Shown here: positions 1 to 8,850 of the stretch, one piece after another
Layout of the letters: every line of letters begins with the position of its first letter
Numbering within the stretch: the first letter of the stretch is position 1
From: Pseudomonadota bacterium
GTDB lineage: Bacteria; Desulfobacterota; Desulfobacteria; Desulfobacterales; JBDRRP01
Direction of reading: 5' to 3'
DNA length: 20,000 nt
Assembly: GCA_043825735.1 (NCBI GenBank)
Contig: JBDRRP010000022.1
Span: forward strand, 49,231-69,230
Program-made: the position numbers and the translations under genes
The notes under the pieces: model-generated
Told to the model about the DNA's origin: nothing
The model's input: only the letters and a program-made list of their open reading frames with translations
The model's database searches: none

Positions 1-353
1 CCCTTTCCCTTCTGGAATTCCTGAACGCTGAACCGGGCCAGTCCCTGTACCAGCAGTTGGGCCTTGTTGTCTTCCGTTTTGGCCATTTTCAATATCAGGG
101 CGCTGGCGCCGACGGTCGCGAGATCCGCGGTCTGGTCGCTGCTCTGGGCGCCTTCTTTCTTCTGTGAAACCAAGAGCCCGATGATTCGGTCCTTGGCCAT
201 GGCCTCGTCCACCAGCTGGACCGACTCGCCTTCCATCACCACCAGTGGAAGGACCATTTTTGGGAACAGCACCGCATCGAACAGCGGCAATATCGGAATG
301 ATCTGCGGAATGTTGTCAGTTTCCGGCTCTCTGGATTCTTTTCGTTCTTCCAT
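1..353 (-). CDS. lon: Lon protease, N-terminal substrate-binding domain (partial, runs off window start)
   Basis: Not in ORF track. Manual translation from ATG at 353: MEERKESREPETDNIPQIIPILPLFDAVLFPKMVLPLVV...DRIIGLLVSQ...VGASALILKM...LLVQGLARF, matching the Lon N-domain pattern. GAGGAGG RBS just upstream; follows an Hsp20 gene. Confidence 0.88.
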   Translation of the reverse strand, partial: MEERKESREPETDNIPQIIPILPLFDAVLFPKMVLPLVVMEGESVQLVDEAMAKDRIIGLLVSQKKEGAQSSDQTADLATVGASALILKMAKTEDNKAQLLVQGLARFSVQEFQKGK

Positions 354-414
354 CGGTCCTCCTCGTGTGATTCGGCCGGGCGATTTCCCGGGGCGTCATT
401 CGGGGATGCGCCAG

Positions 415-867
415 TTAGTCGTCTGAAATGGGAATGCGATGGGTTTCGGACCGTGCCATCTTGGCCAGGGTCAGGCGCAGAAACCCGTTGGAGTAGGATG
501 ATGATACCACTTCCGGGTCGATGGGGGACGGCAGGAAAAGAATGCGTTCAAACTGCCCGTACTGGATCTCCGCGAGGCGATAGGTGATGTTTTCGGCGGT
601 GGGCATGGGCGAGCGTCGGCCGAAAATGCGCACTGCCTTGTGGTTGATCTCGACTTCCAGGTTGTCTTTGTCAACACCGGATATTTCGGCGAGAACGATG
701 ATCTCGTCCTGGGTCTCGATGATGTCCATCTGGGGGATCCATGACCGCTCGCAGGAAGAAAAGACCGGACTCAGGTGCCCGGGCCTGAACAACCCCTCCA
801 CCGCCTGGTCAAACGGTGAGTTCAGGGCGTCCGAACCTTTTCCGAAGCGAATTTTAATATAATCCAT
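415..867 (-). CDS. Hsp20/alpha-crystallin small heat-shock protein
   Basis: WIPQMDIIET...AEISGVDKDNLEV...EIQYGQFERILFLP...SSYSNGFLRLTL. Start moved to ATG 867 (MDYIKIRF), which has an AGGAG RBS. Confidence 0.9.
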   Translation of the reverse strand: MDYIKIRFGKGSDALNSPFDQAVEGLFRPGHLSPVFSSCERSWIPQMDIIETQDEIIVLAEISGVDKDNLEVEINHKAVRIFGRRSPMPTAENITYRLAEIQYGQFERILFLPSPIDPEVVSSSYSNGFLRLTLAKMARSETHRIPISDD

Positions 868-1001
868 GAGCAGCTCCTGGTGGGTTGGGTGCAACCGGGC
901 GATATGCTGGAAGACGGTTGCCGCCAAGTTAACACCTGAAGGGTTTTTTGTAAAGGTGCGAAGGAAGTTATTCGAATGATTTCAGTAGGTATTGTTGGTT
1001 C

Positions 1002-1029
1002 TTGACATGATCGCGCCGGTGGTTAATGT
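1002..1029 (+). promoter_or_regulatory. Putative sigma70-type promoter for the + strand Hsp20
   Basis: TTGACA (1002-1007), 16 nt spacer, TAATGT (1024-1029), about 35 nt upstream of ATG 1065. Confidence 0.45.
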
Positions 1030-1064
1030 TGAGTCACACCCACCACCGCACAGGAGATAAGGCC

Positions 1065-1514
1065 ATGACGATTCTAAAATGGGACCCTTTCCGGAATGTC
1101 GTCGCGCTGCAGGAGCGCATCAACCGGATGTTCGACGACGCGTTCACCCTGTCCGGGCATCCGGGCAGCGAGGTCTCTATGTGCGACTGGTCGCCGCTGG
1201 TCGATATTCATGAATCCCGCGAGGGCCTTTTCATCACGGCGGATCTGCCGGGGGTCCGCAAAGAGGATGTGAGCGTTGAAATCAAAGACAATATGCTCAC
1301 GCTGCGGGGACGACGCGAAAAAGACGACACCATAGCGGACGACCAGTACCTGCGCCGAGAGCGCTGTGCCGGATCCTTTCATCGGGCCTTTAACCTGCAG
1401 TTTGTGATTCGACCCGATGCCATCCGCGCCGGTTTTAAAAACGGCGTACTGGAAATTTTCATCCCCAAGCCCGAAGAGGCAATAACCCGCCAGATAAAGG
1501 TCAATATTGATTGA
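1065..1514 (+). CDS. Hsp20/alpha-crystallin small heat-shock protein
   Basis: MTILKWDPFR...WSPLVDIHE...ADLPGVRKEDVSV...ERCAGSFHRAF...AGFKNGVLEIFIPK. AGGAG RBS before ATG 1065. Confidence 0.93.
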   Translation: MTILKWDPFRNVVALQERINRMFDDAFTLSGHPGSEVSMCDWSPLVDIHESREGLFITADLPGVRKEDVSVEIKDNMLTLRGRREKDDTIADDQYLRRERCAGSFHRAFNLQFVIRPDAIRAGFKNGVLEIFIPKPEEAITRQIKVNID

Positions 1515-1630
1515 CGCTGTTGTCGATTCAGCGTTTTCCCCATCACTGCTGTGACCCAGAACCCGAAATCGATTTCTGAGATGGCCGATCATTTGGCCGC
1601 GATCACTGCAAGAGACTCCGGACCCTTCGC

Positions 1631-2791
1631 ATGAACGCTCGAAATGCCGTGTCAGCGACAGCGCTCAGCCTCATCAGCGCCCAGTACTTCCTCTACTTTG
1701 GCGTGATGGGCGTCTTTCTTCCCTATTTTAACCTCTACTGCTACCATCTCGGGTTCAGCGGATTTCAGATCGGCAGTCTGTCGGCCATCCGCAGCCTGAC
1801 CATGGTGGTTTTTTCCATCATGTGGGGGATTCTCGCCGACCGCTACCGGGCGCGGCGTGCGATCTACATCGGCTGTCATGTTGCCAGCGCCGTTATCTGG
1901 GGCGGGTTTTTGATGACCAGTGATTTTTCGGCGATGGTGTTTCTGACCATTGCCTACGGGCTGTTTTATGCCCCGCTCATCAGTTTTCTGGAAGCGTTCG
2001 CCATGGACGCCCTCGGCAGTGAAAAGCGGCACTACGGCCGCCTTCGGGCATGGGGATCCATCAGTTTTATCGCCACCGTCATTCTCGTGGGGCGTCTCAT
2101 CGACGCGCGCGGCACCGGCAGCATCCTCGGGTTGATCCTGGCGGGCTCTCTGGCGCTGGCGGTGGTCGCCACCGGCGTGCGGCGGTTGCCCCAGATATCA
2201 ACACCGTTGTCCGGCGGCCTTCGAATCCGCGCGTTTTTAACCCCTCCCATCCGGACCTTTCTGCTGTGTGCCTTTCTCATGCTCTTCAGCCACGGGGCTT
2301 ATTACGGTTTTTTCTCCATTCATCTTGAAATGCTGGGTTTCGACAAGACCTTCGTGGGCGTGTGCTGGGCCGTGGCGTCGGGGGCGGAAATTCTCGTGAT
2401 GATCTTCTCTCGGCGGATTTTCGAGCGGTTCTCGATGGACCGGGTGCTGCTGGTCAGTTTTGCCGTGGCGGTCCTGCGCTGGGTGGTGCTGGCCGTTATC
2501 GATGGGGCGGCCGCCATCGTGCTTGCCCAGGTGCTGCACGCCGTGACCTATGGGGCCTTTCACATCGCCAGCATCCTCTATGTGGACAGTTGCGCCGATG
2601 CTGCGGTGAAAACCGTGGGCCAGGCCATCAACAACGCCATCACTTACGGCCTCGGCCTCATGGCCGGTTTTCTCTTCAGCGGCTGGATGGTGGCCGCCGT
2701 GGGGATCCCGGGGCTGTTCTGGATCAGCGGCGGCGTGGCGGCTGCGGCGGGGATTATTTTTTTTGTTCAGCAGCGCGGTGAAGCGGTTTAG
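1631..2791 (+). CDS. MFS transporter (HcaT / nucleoside:H+ symporter-like)
   Basis: 386 aa, about 12 hydrophobic segments; YFLYFGVMGVFLPY start, WGILADR motif A, YGRLRAWGS. Confidence 0.85.
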   Translation: MNARNAVSATALSLISAQYFLYFGVMGVFLPYFNLYCYHLGFSGFQIGSLSAIRSLTMVVFSIMWGILADRYRARRAIYIGCHVASAVIWGGFLMTSDFSAMVFLTIAYGLFYAPLISFLEAFAMDALGSEKRHYGRLRAWGSISFIATVILVGRLIDARGTGSILGLILAGSLALAVVATGVRRLPQISTPLSGGLRIRAFLTPPIRTFLLCAFLMLFSHGAYYGFFSIHLEMLGFDKTFVGVCWAVASGAEILVMIFSRRIFERFSMDRVLLVSFAVAVLRWVVLAVIDGAAAIVLAQVLHAVTYGAFHIASILYVDSCADAAVKTVGQAINNAITYGLGLMAGFLFSGWMVAAVGIPGLFWISGGVAAAAGIIFFVQQRGEAV

Positions 2792-2800
2792 GTGGGGGGT

Positions 2801-2934
2801 ACACGGACACACGGACGAACACGGACGGTCACGGACTGACACGGACAACAGCAAAACAGCCGATGCCCCAGGCCCCTGTCCGTGACCGTCCGTGTTCGTC
2901 CGTGTCAGTCCGTGTGTCCGTGCCAGTCCGTGTC
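2801..2934 (+). repeat. Palindromic CACGGAC/GTCCGTG array element R1
   Basis: 5x CACGGAC (2802-2846), spacer AACAGCAAAACAGCCGATGCCCCAGGCCCCT (2847-2877), 6x GTCCGTG (2878-2932). Lies between convergent MFS and DUF401 genes. Confidence 0.95.
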
Positions 2935-2946
2935 ACGCCTTGCCCT

Positions 2947-4239
2947 TCAACCCCACCGCATCAAAATGAAAAAATAGACCAGACTGCCGATCACCAACAC
3001 GAGGCACGGTCGCCACAGGTATCGATAGACGGGCCCCAGCCCGGTGCCAAAATAGGTGTTTGACAGCAGCAGGCAAAGATGCAGCGGGGACAGCAGCACG
3101 CCGGCGAATCCGCCGGCAAGCCCCAGCATCATGTAGGCCAGCATATGATCGCTCGCCCCGGTGGCTGTGACCAGAGAGATGATGATGGGAAAGGCGGCGC
3201 CGACGAAGGCGATGGTAATGCCTACCACCAGGCCCACGATGAAGGGCAGCACCACCGCGATGGCCACCAGCGGCACCTGCCAGCGCATCAGCTCGCCGTT
3301 GACGGCGCCCACCGCCCGGCTATCCAGCATCACCCCCTTGAAGATCAGAATGGCCGAGACCATGTAGACCATGGCCAGCAGCTCCTTTTGAAACACGATC
3401 CGTCGAATCGTCGCCGGCTGGAGATCATTGACCCACCAGACCCAGCCGATGGCGCCAGCCAGGGCGATGATGAGCCCCAACTCCTTGGCTACCGCGGCGC
3501 CCCGGCCCACCAGCAGCCCTTCCAACAGGTTTCCCAGCACGATGCCGGGCACGATGGCGATGAGCACCGGCGCCAGCTCCTTGAGAAACGGGATCACCAA
3601 TGCACGTCGCGGCTGTTCCGCTATCGCCGCGCCATTGGCGGGCATCATCCGGCGCAGGTTCAGGTATCCGGCGACGGTGGCGACGACGGTGAGGGGAAAG
3701 AGCGTCAGCACAAAGGTCCACAGGTCAATGCCGGCCAGGGCCGTGGTGAGGAGCACCCCCGGGTAAAGTGGCCACCAGTATTCCCACAGATGGCGGAACC
3801 AGTAATTGATAAAGCTCAACTGGGGACCGGACAATCCGCTGCGTCCACCGATGTTCTTAACCATGGGTGCAGAGAAAATGGCCCCGCCGGGCATGGGCAG
3901 CAGCCCGATCAGGGCCGGAAAGATGACGATGTTGAGCCGGGGGCTTTTGATCAGCCCGGCGAACCGCTCCAGAAGGCGGCCCATCTGCCCTGTTTTTTCA
4001 AGGCTGTGGCTGAGCACCAGGATCAGTGACACCACCAGGGACAGAGACAGTGTCTTTGGATCCACCAGCGCGCTGCCGGCGGCGACGATGACGGCGCCGG
4101 GGGTCATGCCGAAGACCATCCCCAGCACCGCCGCTCCGATAACGAAGGCGTTGCCCAGCGAGAGCTTGAAACGGATGAGGGTCAGGATGAGGCCGAAGAT
4201 CAGAAAAACCCGCACAACGGCGGGGATGGTTTCCAGCAT
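2947..4239 (-). CDS. DUF401 family integral membrane protein (putative transporter)
   Basis: 430 aa, highly hydrophobic; PALIGLLPMPGGAIFSAPMV, NYWFRHLWEYWWPLYPG and SPLHLCLLLS motifs recalled as typical of DUF401. Confidence 0.85.
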   Translation of the reverse strand: MLETIPAVVRVFLIFGLILTLIRFKLSLGNAFVIGAAVLGMVFGMTPGAVIVAAGSALVDPKTLSLSLVVSLILVLSHSLEKTGQMGRLLERFAGLIKSPRLNIVIFPALIGLLPMPGGAIFSAPMVKNIGGRSGLSGPQLSFINYWFRHLWEYWWPLYPGVLLTTALAGIDLWTFVLTLFPLTVVATVAGYLNLRRMMPANGAAIAEQPRRALVIPFLKELAPVLIAIVPGIVLGNLLEGLLVGRGAAVAKELGLIIALAGAIGWVWWVNDLQPATIRRIVFQKELLAMVYMVSAILIFKGVMLDSRAVGAVNGELMRWQVPLVAIAVVLPFIVGLVVGITIAFVGAAFPIIISLVTATGASDHMLAYMMLGLAGGFAGVLLSPLHLCLLLSNTYFGTGLGPVYRYLWRPCLVLVIGSLVYFFILMRWG

Positions 4240-4301
4240 GGGGCGGCTCCCTTTACAAGCGGTGAGAAAAGCCCGTGTTTAGCAGAGCTTTGGCAATGAA
4301 A

Positions 4302-4337
<36 letters not shown>

Positions 4338-4486
4338 CACGGACTGACACGGACGAACACGGACGGTCACGGACAACTTCGCATCGTCAAAATATCGGCA
4401 GTTCTGTTTTTGTCCGTGTTCGTCCGTGCCGGTCCGTGTCAGTCCGTGTTCGTCCGTGTTCGTCCGTGTCAGTCCGTGTGTCCGTG
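4338..4486 (-). repeat. Palindromic CACGGAC/GTCCGTG array element R2
   Basis: 4x CACGGAC (4338-4374), 37-nt spacer (4375-4411), 8x GTCCGTG (4412-4486). Overlaps the 3' end of the MBL gene. Confidence 0.95.
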
Positions 4487-5383
4487 CCCCCCACCCCCCC
4501 GCCGGTACACCCCTCCCGCTTCAGCAACAACCCCCGCCGCCACCAACCGCTCCAGATGCTTTCCCATGATGGCCCCTTCGGCATACCGGTAAAAATCGAT
4601 GGGTTCCCTGGCCTTGCGGTAGACGATCCAGTGGTCAACGATCGCTTCAAGGGAGCGTGGTTCGGCTAAGGCATCGAGAAGCTTTTCCTCACGGGTGCCG
4701 ATGACTCCGAGGTAGTCGTCCCACAGGGCGGGGGGGGCTTCGGTGAAAAGGCCCGTTTCGTGGCAGGTCAGCCATGCCCGGGCCGGAAGCTGCCGCAGGC
4801 GCTCAACCGATGCGATGGTCTCGGCGATGCTCGAATCCCGGTCGCCGTACCATGGACCGAAGGCGGTGAGGTCATAGTCGCCGAGGAAGAGCACGCCGGG
4901 TTCCCTGAAGTAGAAGCACAGGTGCCCGGGCGTGTGTCCCGGGGTGTGAAGGACGTCCACCGTGACCGAGGAGAGGCGGATGGTGTCGCCGCCGGTGAGA
5001 TCGGGCCGCGGCCGTCTCGGGCGGAAATGAAACGCGTCGGTGACGATGGCCGCGAACTGCTCCCGGAAGGCGGGCTGCGTAATGCCGTAGGCATCGAGAA
5101 AGGCTTCCATGCCAGCCAGCGGAGGCGCATCGGCCGGATGAATCCGCACCGGCAGGTCCTCGAAGAGATCCAGGTGCATGAAATGGTCTTCGTGCCAGTG
5201 GCTGAGCCAGACTTCGCGGACCCCGTCTTTTTCCCGCAGACGCTTGAGACGATCCCGGTCGCCAGCCGGATCGATGAGGATGCCGTCGCCCTCGATGTAC
5301 ACCGAGTGGCAGTGAGGGTATTTGCCCCGGTTGGGGCCGGGGATGAAGCGGACGGGGCCGAAGCGGGTTTCTTCCATTGTCAT
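4469..5383 (-). CDS. MBL-fold metallo-hydrolase with C-terminal extension
   Basis: HWHEDH (HxHxDH), HTPGHTPGH, LFLGD and TCHE metal-binding motifs. Confidence 0.9.
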   Translation of the reverse strand: MTMEETRFGPVRFIPGPNRGKYPHCHSVYIEGDGILIDPAGDRDRLKRLREKDGVREVWLSHWHEDHFMHLDLFEDLPVRIHPADAPPLAGMEAFLDAYGITQPAFREQFAAIVTDAFHFRPRRPRPDLTGGDTIRLSSVTVDVLHTPGHTPGHLCFYFREPGVLFLGDYDLTAFGPWYGDRDSSIAETIASVERLRQLPARAWLTCHETGLFTEAPPALWDDYLGVIGTREEKLLDALAEPRSLEAIVDHWIVYRKAREPIDFYRYAEGAIMGKHLERLVAAGVVAEAGGVYRRGGGGHGHTD

Positions 5384-5526
5384 ACCTTTTTGCCACTCTG
5401 TTTGAGGGCCACGTCCGAAGCCACCTTGTCGATGGCCGGTACGAAATCGTATTCCTGCATGTTTCCCGGCGCCAGGGTGCCATCGAAGTCGTAGGCGATG
5501 GCAAGGGGGATGCGTTTTCGGGTCAT
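5380..5526 (-). pseudogene. HAD-superfamily hydrolase remnant (48 codons, apparent large internal deletion)
   Basis: Manual translation MTRKRIPLAIAYDFDGTLAPGNMQEYDFVPAIDKVASDVALKQSGKKV*. HAD motif I (DFDGT) present, motifs II-IV absent. GGAGG RBS; stop overlaps the MBL start (ATGA). Confidence 0.75.
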
Positions 5527-5641
5527 CGGTGCGATGCCTCCCTGGGGTTCACCCATTAACGGCCGGTGAGCCGCTTATACAACAGCCTGCATTCATTTCT
5601 CATTAGCACAACACAGTGTCATCGGCGAAATGTTCACAGCG

Positions 5642-6400
5642 TTATGACCGCGATTTTCGCTGTGCGGTTCTCACCCGGTAGAGGCGCTCAGTGAAGCCGC
5701 CCTGATTTTCAAAGTCCTTGGCCTGGGCCGCCACCTGGCGGTCAAGGAGGTGGCCGCACAGGTTGATCAGCGAGAGGGCGGCGTTGGCGACGAGGACGGG
5801 GTAGGGGGCGGGGCGGTTTATAGTCGGTGGCGGTATGGTGGGTTGAGGCGTTTGGTAGGGCACACGGACCGACACGGACGAACACGGACGGTCACGGACC
5901 GGTGCCGGTGCATCGTGGGTTTTGCTGTTGTCCGTATCAGTCCGTGTCGGTCCGTGTCCGTCCGTGTGTCCGTGTTCGTCGGTGTGTCCATGCCTCCCGG
6001 GGCGCCTTCTCTCAGCCATAACCCAACACCGGATATCCTCCAAACTGGCACACCGCCTTTTCTTAAACCGCACCAGTGCCGGATGATCCGGCGCCCAAGG
6101 CGTCTCGCCGCGCTGCCGGAGATAGTCCTCGTAGTCCAGCCGCAGCTCTTCCAGACTGGCTCTTGCGACATTTGTCAGCTTGATTTCGAATTTTTTCGAC
6201 GTACCCGAGGCCTGGCTACCCTCGGCGATGTTCTGCACGCCGCTGCGGGCCGCCTGAACCATCTGGTCGTGGGTGCGGCTGAACCGGTCGATATAGCGGT
6301 CGCAGAACTGCACCGTCAGATCATAAATGAGCTGCGCGATCTGAAAGCTCTTCAGCCGGCGATAGCCGCCGTGTTTCGGGATGAGTTGTTCGGGTGCCAT
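5642..6400 (-). CDS. Four-helix-bundle protein (23S rRNA IVP/Avd-like family) with four-helix-bundle suffix domain, carrying an in-frame repeat insert
   Basis: LIPKHGGYRRLKSFQ...RTHDQMVQAARSGVQNIAEGS...EIKLTNVARASLEELRLDYEDYLRQ; C-terminal VANAALSLIN...LLDRQ...FENQGGFTERLYRVR. Start taken at ATG 6400 (AGGGA RBS); ATG 6430 is an alternative. Confidence 0.88.
   Translation of the reverse strand: MAPEQLIPKHGGYRRLKSFQIAQLIYDLTVQFCDRYIDRFSRTHDQMVQAARSGVQNIAEGSQASGTSKKFEIKLTNVARASLEELRLDYEDYLRQRGETPWAPDHPALVRFKKRRCASLEDIRCWVMAERRRPGRHGHTDEHGHTDGHGPTRTDTDNSKTHDAPAPVRDRPCSSVSVRVPYQTPQPTIPPPTINRPAPYPVLVANAALSLINLCGHLLDRQVAAQAKDFENQGGFTERLYRVRTAQRKSRS
5861..5992 (-). repeat. Palindromic CACGGAC/GTCCGTG array element R3 (intragenic)
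   Basis: 4x CACGGAC (5863-5899), spacer 5900-5929 (reverse complement AACAGCAAAACCCACGATGCACCGGCACCG), 7 GTCCGTG-type units of which 3 are degenerate (5930-5992). Confidence 0.95.
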
Positions 6401-6570
6401 GTCGTTCCCTGAAATGTGTATGGTTGCCATTTGGGTATCGGGTTGAAGCCTGTTGATGTGCCCTGGCAGAGAGGATGGCATGAACGGCGGGAGGGAAGGC
6501 CGCTCGGGCTTGCGGGGAGGGATGATAGATGGCGATGACTGTAGCACATTGTAGACCAAAAAAACAACAA

Positions 6571-6708
6571 CACGGACACACGGACGGACACGGACGGACA
6601 CGGACGGTCACGGACAGTGGCCGGTGCATCGTGGGTTTTGCAGTTGTCCGTGCCAGTCCGTGTCGGTCCGTGTTCGTCCGTGTGTCCGTGTGTCCGTGTT
6701 CATCCGTG
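6571..6708 (-). repeat. Palindromic CACGGAC/GTCCGTG array element R4
   Basis: 5x CACGGAC (6571-6615), spacer 6616-6645 (reverse complement AACTGCAAAACCCACGATGCACCGGCCACT), 6x GTCCGTG plus ATCCGTG (6646-6708). Lies between the divergent four-helix gene and typA. Confidence 0.95.
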
Positions 6709-6731
6709 CCGGCCAGTTTAACGCGCTGGCT

Positions 6732-6760
6732 TTGACAATCCCGTAATTCTCGCATATACG
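6732..6760 (+). promoter_or_regulatory. Putative sigma70 promoter of typA
   Basis: TTGACA (6732-6737), 17 nt spacer, TATACG (6755-6760). Confidence 0.5.
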
Positions 6761-6801
6761 CCCTATCACTGGACATTCGCCCATTGGTGACGACATTATC
6801 G

Positions 6802-6832
6802 GGCACCCCGACAACGGGGTGCCGTATTTTTT
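6802..6832 (+). terminator. Intrinsic-terminator-like hairpin in the typA leader
   Basis: GGCACCCCG-ACAA-CGGGGTGCC, a perfect 9-bp stem, followed by GTATTTTTT. Confidence 0.55.
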
Positions 6833-6852
6833 GGTGAGAAGGACAATCAATC

Positions 6853-8691
6853 ATGACCCAGACGCGCAGTACCAACGACAAGATCCGCAACATCGCCATC
6901 ATTGCCCACGTTGACCACGGAAAGACCACACTGGTGGACGCCATGTTCCGGCAGAGCGGGCTTTTTCGTGCCAATCAGGCGGTGGACGAACGCGTCATGG
7001 ACTCCATGGACCTGGAGCGCGAACGGGGCATCACCATTGCCGCCAAGAACTGCTCGGTGGTGTGGAAAGGGGTCAAGATCAACATCATCGACACGCCGGG
7101 CCATGCCGATTTTGGCGGCGAGGTGGAGCGGGCGCTGTCCATGTCCGATGGCGCCCTGCTGCTGGTGGACGCTTCGGAAGGGCCGCTGCCCCAGACCCGG
7201 TTCGTTCTGGAAAAGACTTTTGCCGCGGGGCTGCCGGTCCTTGTGGTGATCAACAAGATCGATCGGCACGACGCACGGCCGGCGGCAGTCCTTGATGAGA
7301 TCTACGATCTGTTTATTGACCTGGACGCCAACGAGACTCAGCTTGATTTCCCGCACATTTACGCCATCGGCCGCGATGGTGTGGCCCAGAAAACACCCGG
7401 GGAAAAAGGCGAGAACCTCCACATTCTTTTAGACACCATCCTTGAGGTGATGCCCCCGCCGGTGTTTGACACGGCGGCGCCGTTTCAGATGCTGGTCTCC
7501 GATCTGGGGTATTCAGACTACCTGGGTCGATTGGCCGTGGGCAAGGTGGTCAACGGCCAGGCCCACAATCACGACGCCCTGGTGTGTGTCGGGGTCGGTG
7601 GTCGCCAGAGGCCGCTCAAGGTCACCCGGCTGCAGACTTACACCGGCATCGCATTAGAACCCGTGGAGATGGCCGCCCCTGGTGACATTATCGTGCTCTC
7701 GGGGATCGAAGACGTGAAGATCGGCGACACCATCTGTACCCAGGCGGCCCCGCGAGCGCTCAAGCGGATCACGGTGGACGAGCCCACGGTGAGTATGCGC
7801 TTTACCATCAATACCAGCCCCTATGCCGGCCGGGAGGGCCGCTACGTGCAGTCGAGCAGGATTCGCGAGCGCCTGTTCAAGGAAACGCTGAGAAACGTGG
7901 CTATCCAGGTCGAGGAAACCGGCAACCGTGAAGAGTTTATCGTCAAGGGGCGCGGCGAGTTCCAGATGGCCATTCTGATCGAAACCATGCGCCGGGAGGG
8001 TTTTGAGCTGACAGTCGGGCGACCCGAAGTGATTTTCAAGACCGGGGCCGACGAGGTCAAAAAAGAGCCTATGGAAAAACTCTTTATCGATTGTGAGGAC
8101 TGCTTCATGGGGGTGGTGGCCGAAAAACTCTCCAGCCGCAAGGGGCAGATGATCTCTCTGGTCAACCACGGCACCGGCCGGGTGCGCATGGAGTTTTCCA
8201 TCCCTTCCCGGGCGCTGATCGGCTATCGGGACGAATTCCTCACCGATACCAAAGGCACCGGCATCATCAACTCGTATTTCGCGGGTTACGACATCTACCG
8301 GGGCGATATCCCCAGCCGGTTTACCGGCTCCATTGTCAGCGACCGGCAGGGGGCGGCCGTGGCCTTCGCCCTGTTCAACCTCGAACCCCGTGGACAGCTT
8401 TTCATCCAGCCGGGAGACCTGGTCTACGAGGGGATGGTGTTCGGCGAGCACAATCGCGCCACCGACATCAATGCTAATCCCTGCAAGGAAAAGAAGCTCA
8501 CCAATATGCGCGCCTCCGGCCGGGACGAAAACGTCATCCTCTCGCCGGTTAAACCCATTACCCTGGAGCGTGCGCTGCACTTCATCCGGGAGGACGAGAT
8601 GGTGGAAGTCACGCCAAAGTCCATCCGTCTGAGAAAGACCGTGCTCAACGCCAAAGAGCGCCACCGCCTGCGTCCCCGGGCGACGGAGTAG
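6853..8691 (+). CDS. typA: Translational GTPase TypA/BipA
   Basis: [46 protein letters not shown]-terminal [13 protein letters not shown] and [11 protein letters not shown]. Confidence 0.98.
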   Translation: MTQTRSTNDKIRNIAIIAHVDHGKTTLVDAMFRQSGLFRANQAVDERVMDSMDLERERGITIAAKNCSVVWKGVKINIIDTPGHADFGGEVERALSMSDGALLLVDASEGPLPQTRFVLEKTFAAGLPVLVVINKIDRHDARPAAVLDEIYDLFIDLDANETQLDFPHIYAIGRDGVAQKTPGEKGENLHILLDTILEVMPPPVFDTAAPFQMLVSDLGYSDYLGRLAVGKVVNGQAHNHDALVCVGVGGRQRPLKVTRLQTYTGIALEPVEMAAPGDIIVLSGIEDVKIGDTICTQAAPRALKRITVDEPTVSMRFTINTSPYAGREGRYVQSSRIRERLFKETLRNVAIQVEETGNREEFIVKGRGEFQMAILIETMRREGFELTVGRPEVIFKTGADEVKKEPMEKLFIDCEDCFMGVVAEKLSSRKGQMISLVNHGTGRVRMEFSIPSRALIGYRDEFLTDTKGTGIINSYFAGYDIYRGDIPSRFTGSIVSDRQGAAVAFALFNLEPRGQLFIQPGDLVYEGMVFGEHNRATDINANPCKEKKLTNMRASGRDENVILSPVKPITLERALHFIREDEMVEVTPKSIRLRKTVLNAKERHRLRPRATE

Positions 8692-8744
8692 TGGCCGCTT
8701 TCTCTTAAGGCCCGGCGAGTGGCATTTGCCTTCGTTGGGGCTGC

Positions 8745-8798
8745 GTAGGGGCAACCCCCTGTGGATGCCCTCAGGGTTTCACGGGGGACGCGCCCTTT
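8745..8798. repeat. Decayed GTAG-family REP-like palindrome doublet
   Basis: GTAG followed by hairpin GGGCAACC-CCCTGT-GGATGCCC, then a degenerate inverted partner GGGTTTCACGGGGGACGCGCCCTT. Between convergent genes. Confidence 0.5.
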
Positions 8799-8850
8799 GT
8801 CTATAGAAAAACGCCGCTCTGGGCCAAAAGATGCCGTTTATGGATGGGCA

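Noticed and set aside
64..426. 120-aa plus-strand ORF
   Set aside because: Antisense to the lon N-terminus.
5642..6400. 23S rRNA intervening sequence
   Set aside because: The family name suggests it, but the flanks are protein-coding genes with no rRNA sequence.
6401..6601. N-terminal extension of the four-helix ORF (319 aa in track)
   Set aside because: Begins inside repeat R4, is low complexity, and family similarity starts near ATG 6400.
5642..6708. Diversity-generating retroelement (Avd-like gene; R3/R4 as VR/TR)
   Set aside because: No reverse transcriptase in the window, R3/R4 differences are mostly unit number and not clearly adenine-specific, and there is no C-terminal variable target. 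A trans-acting RT cannot be excluded from this window alone.
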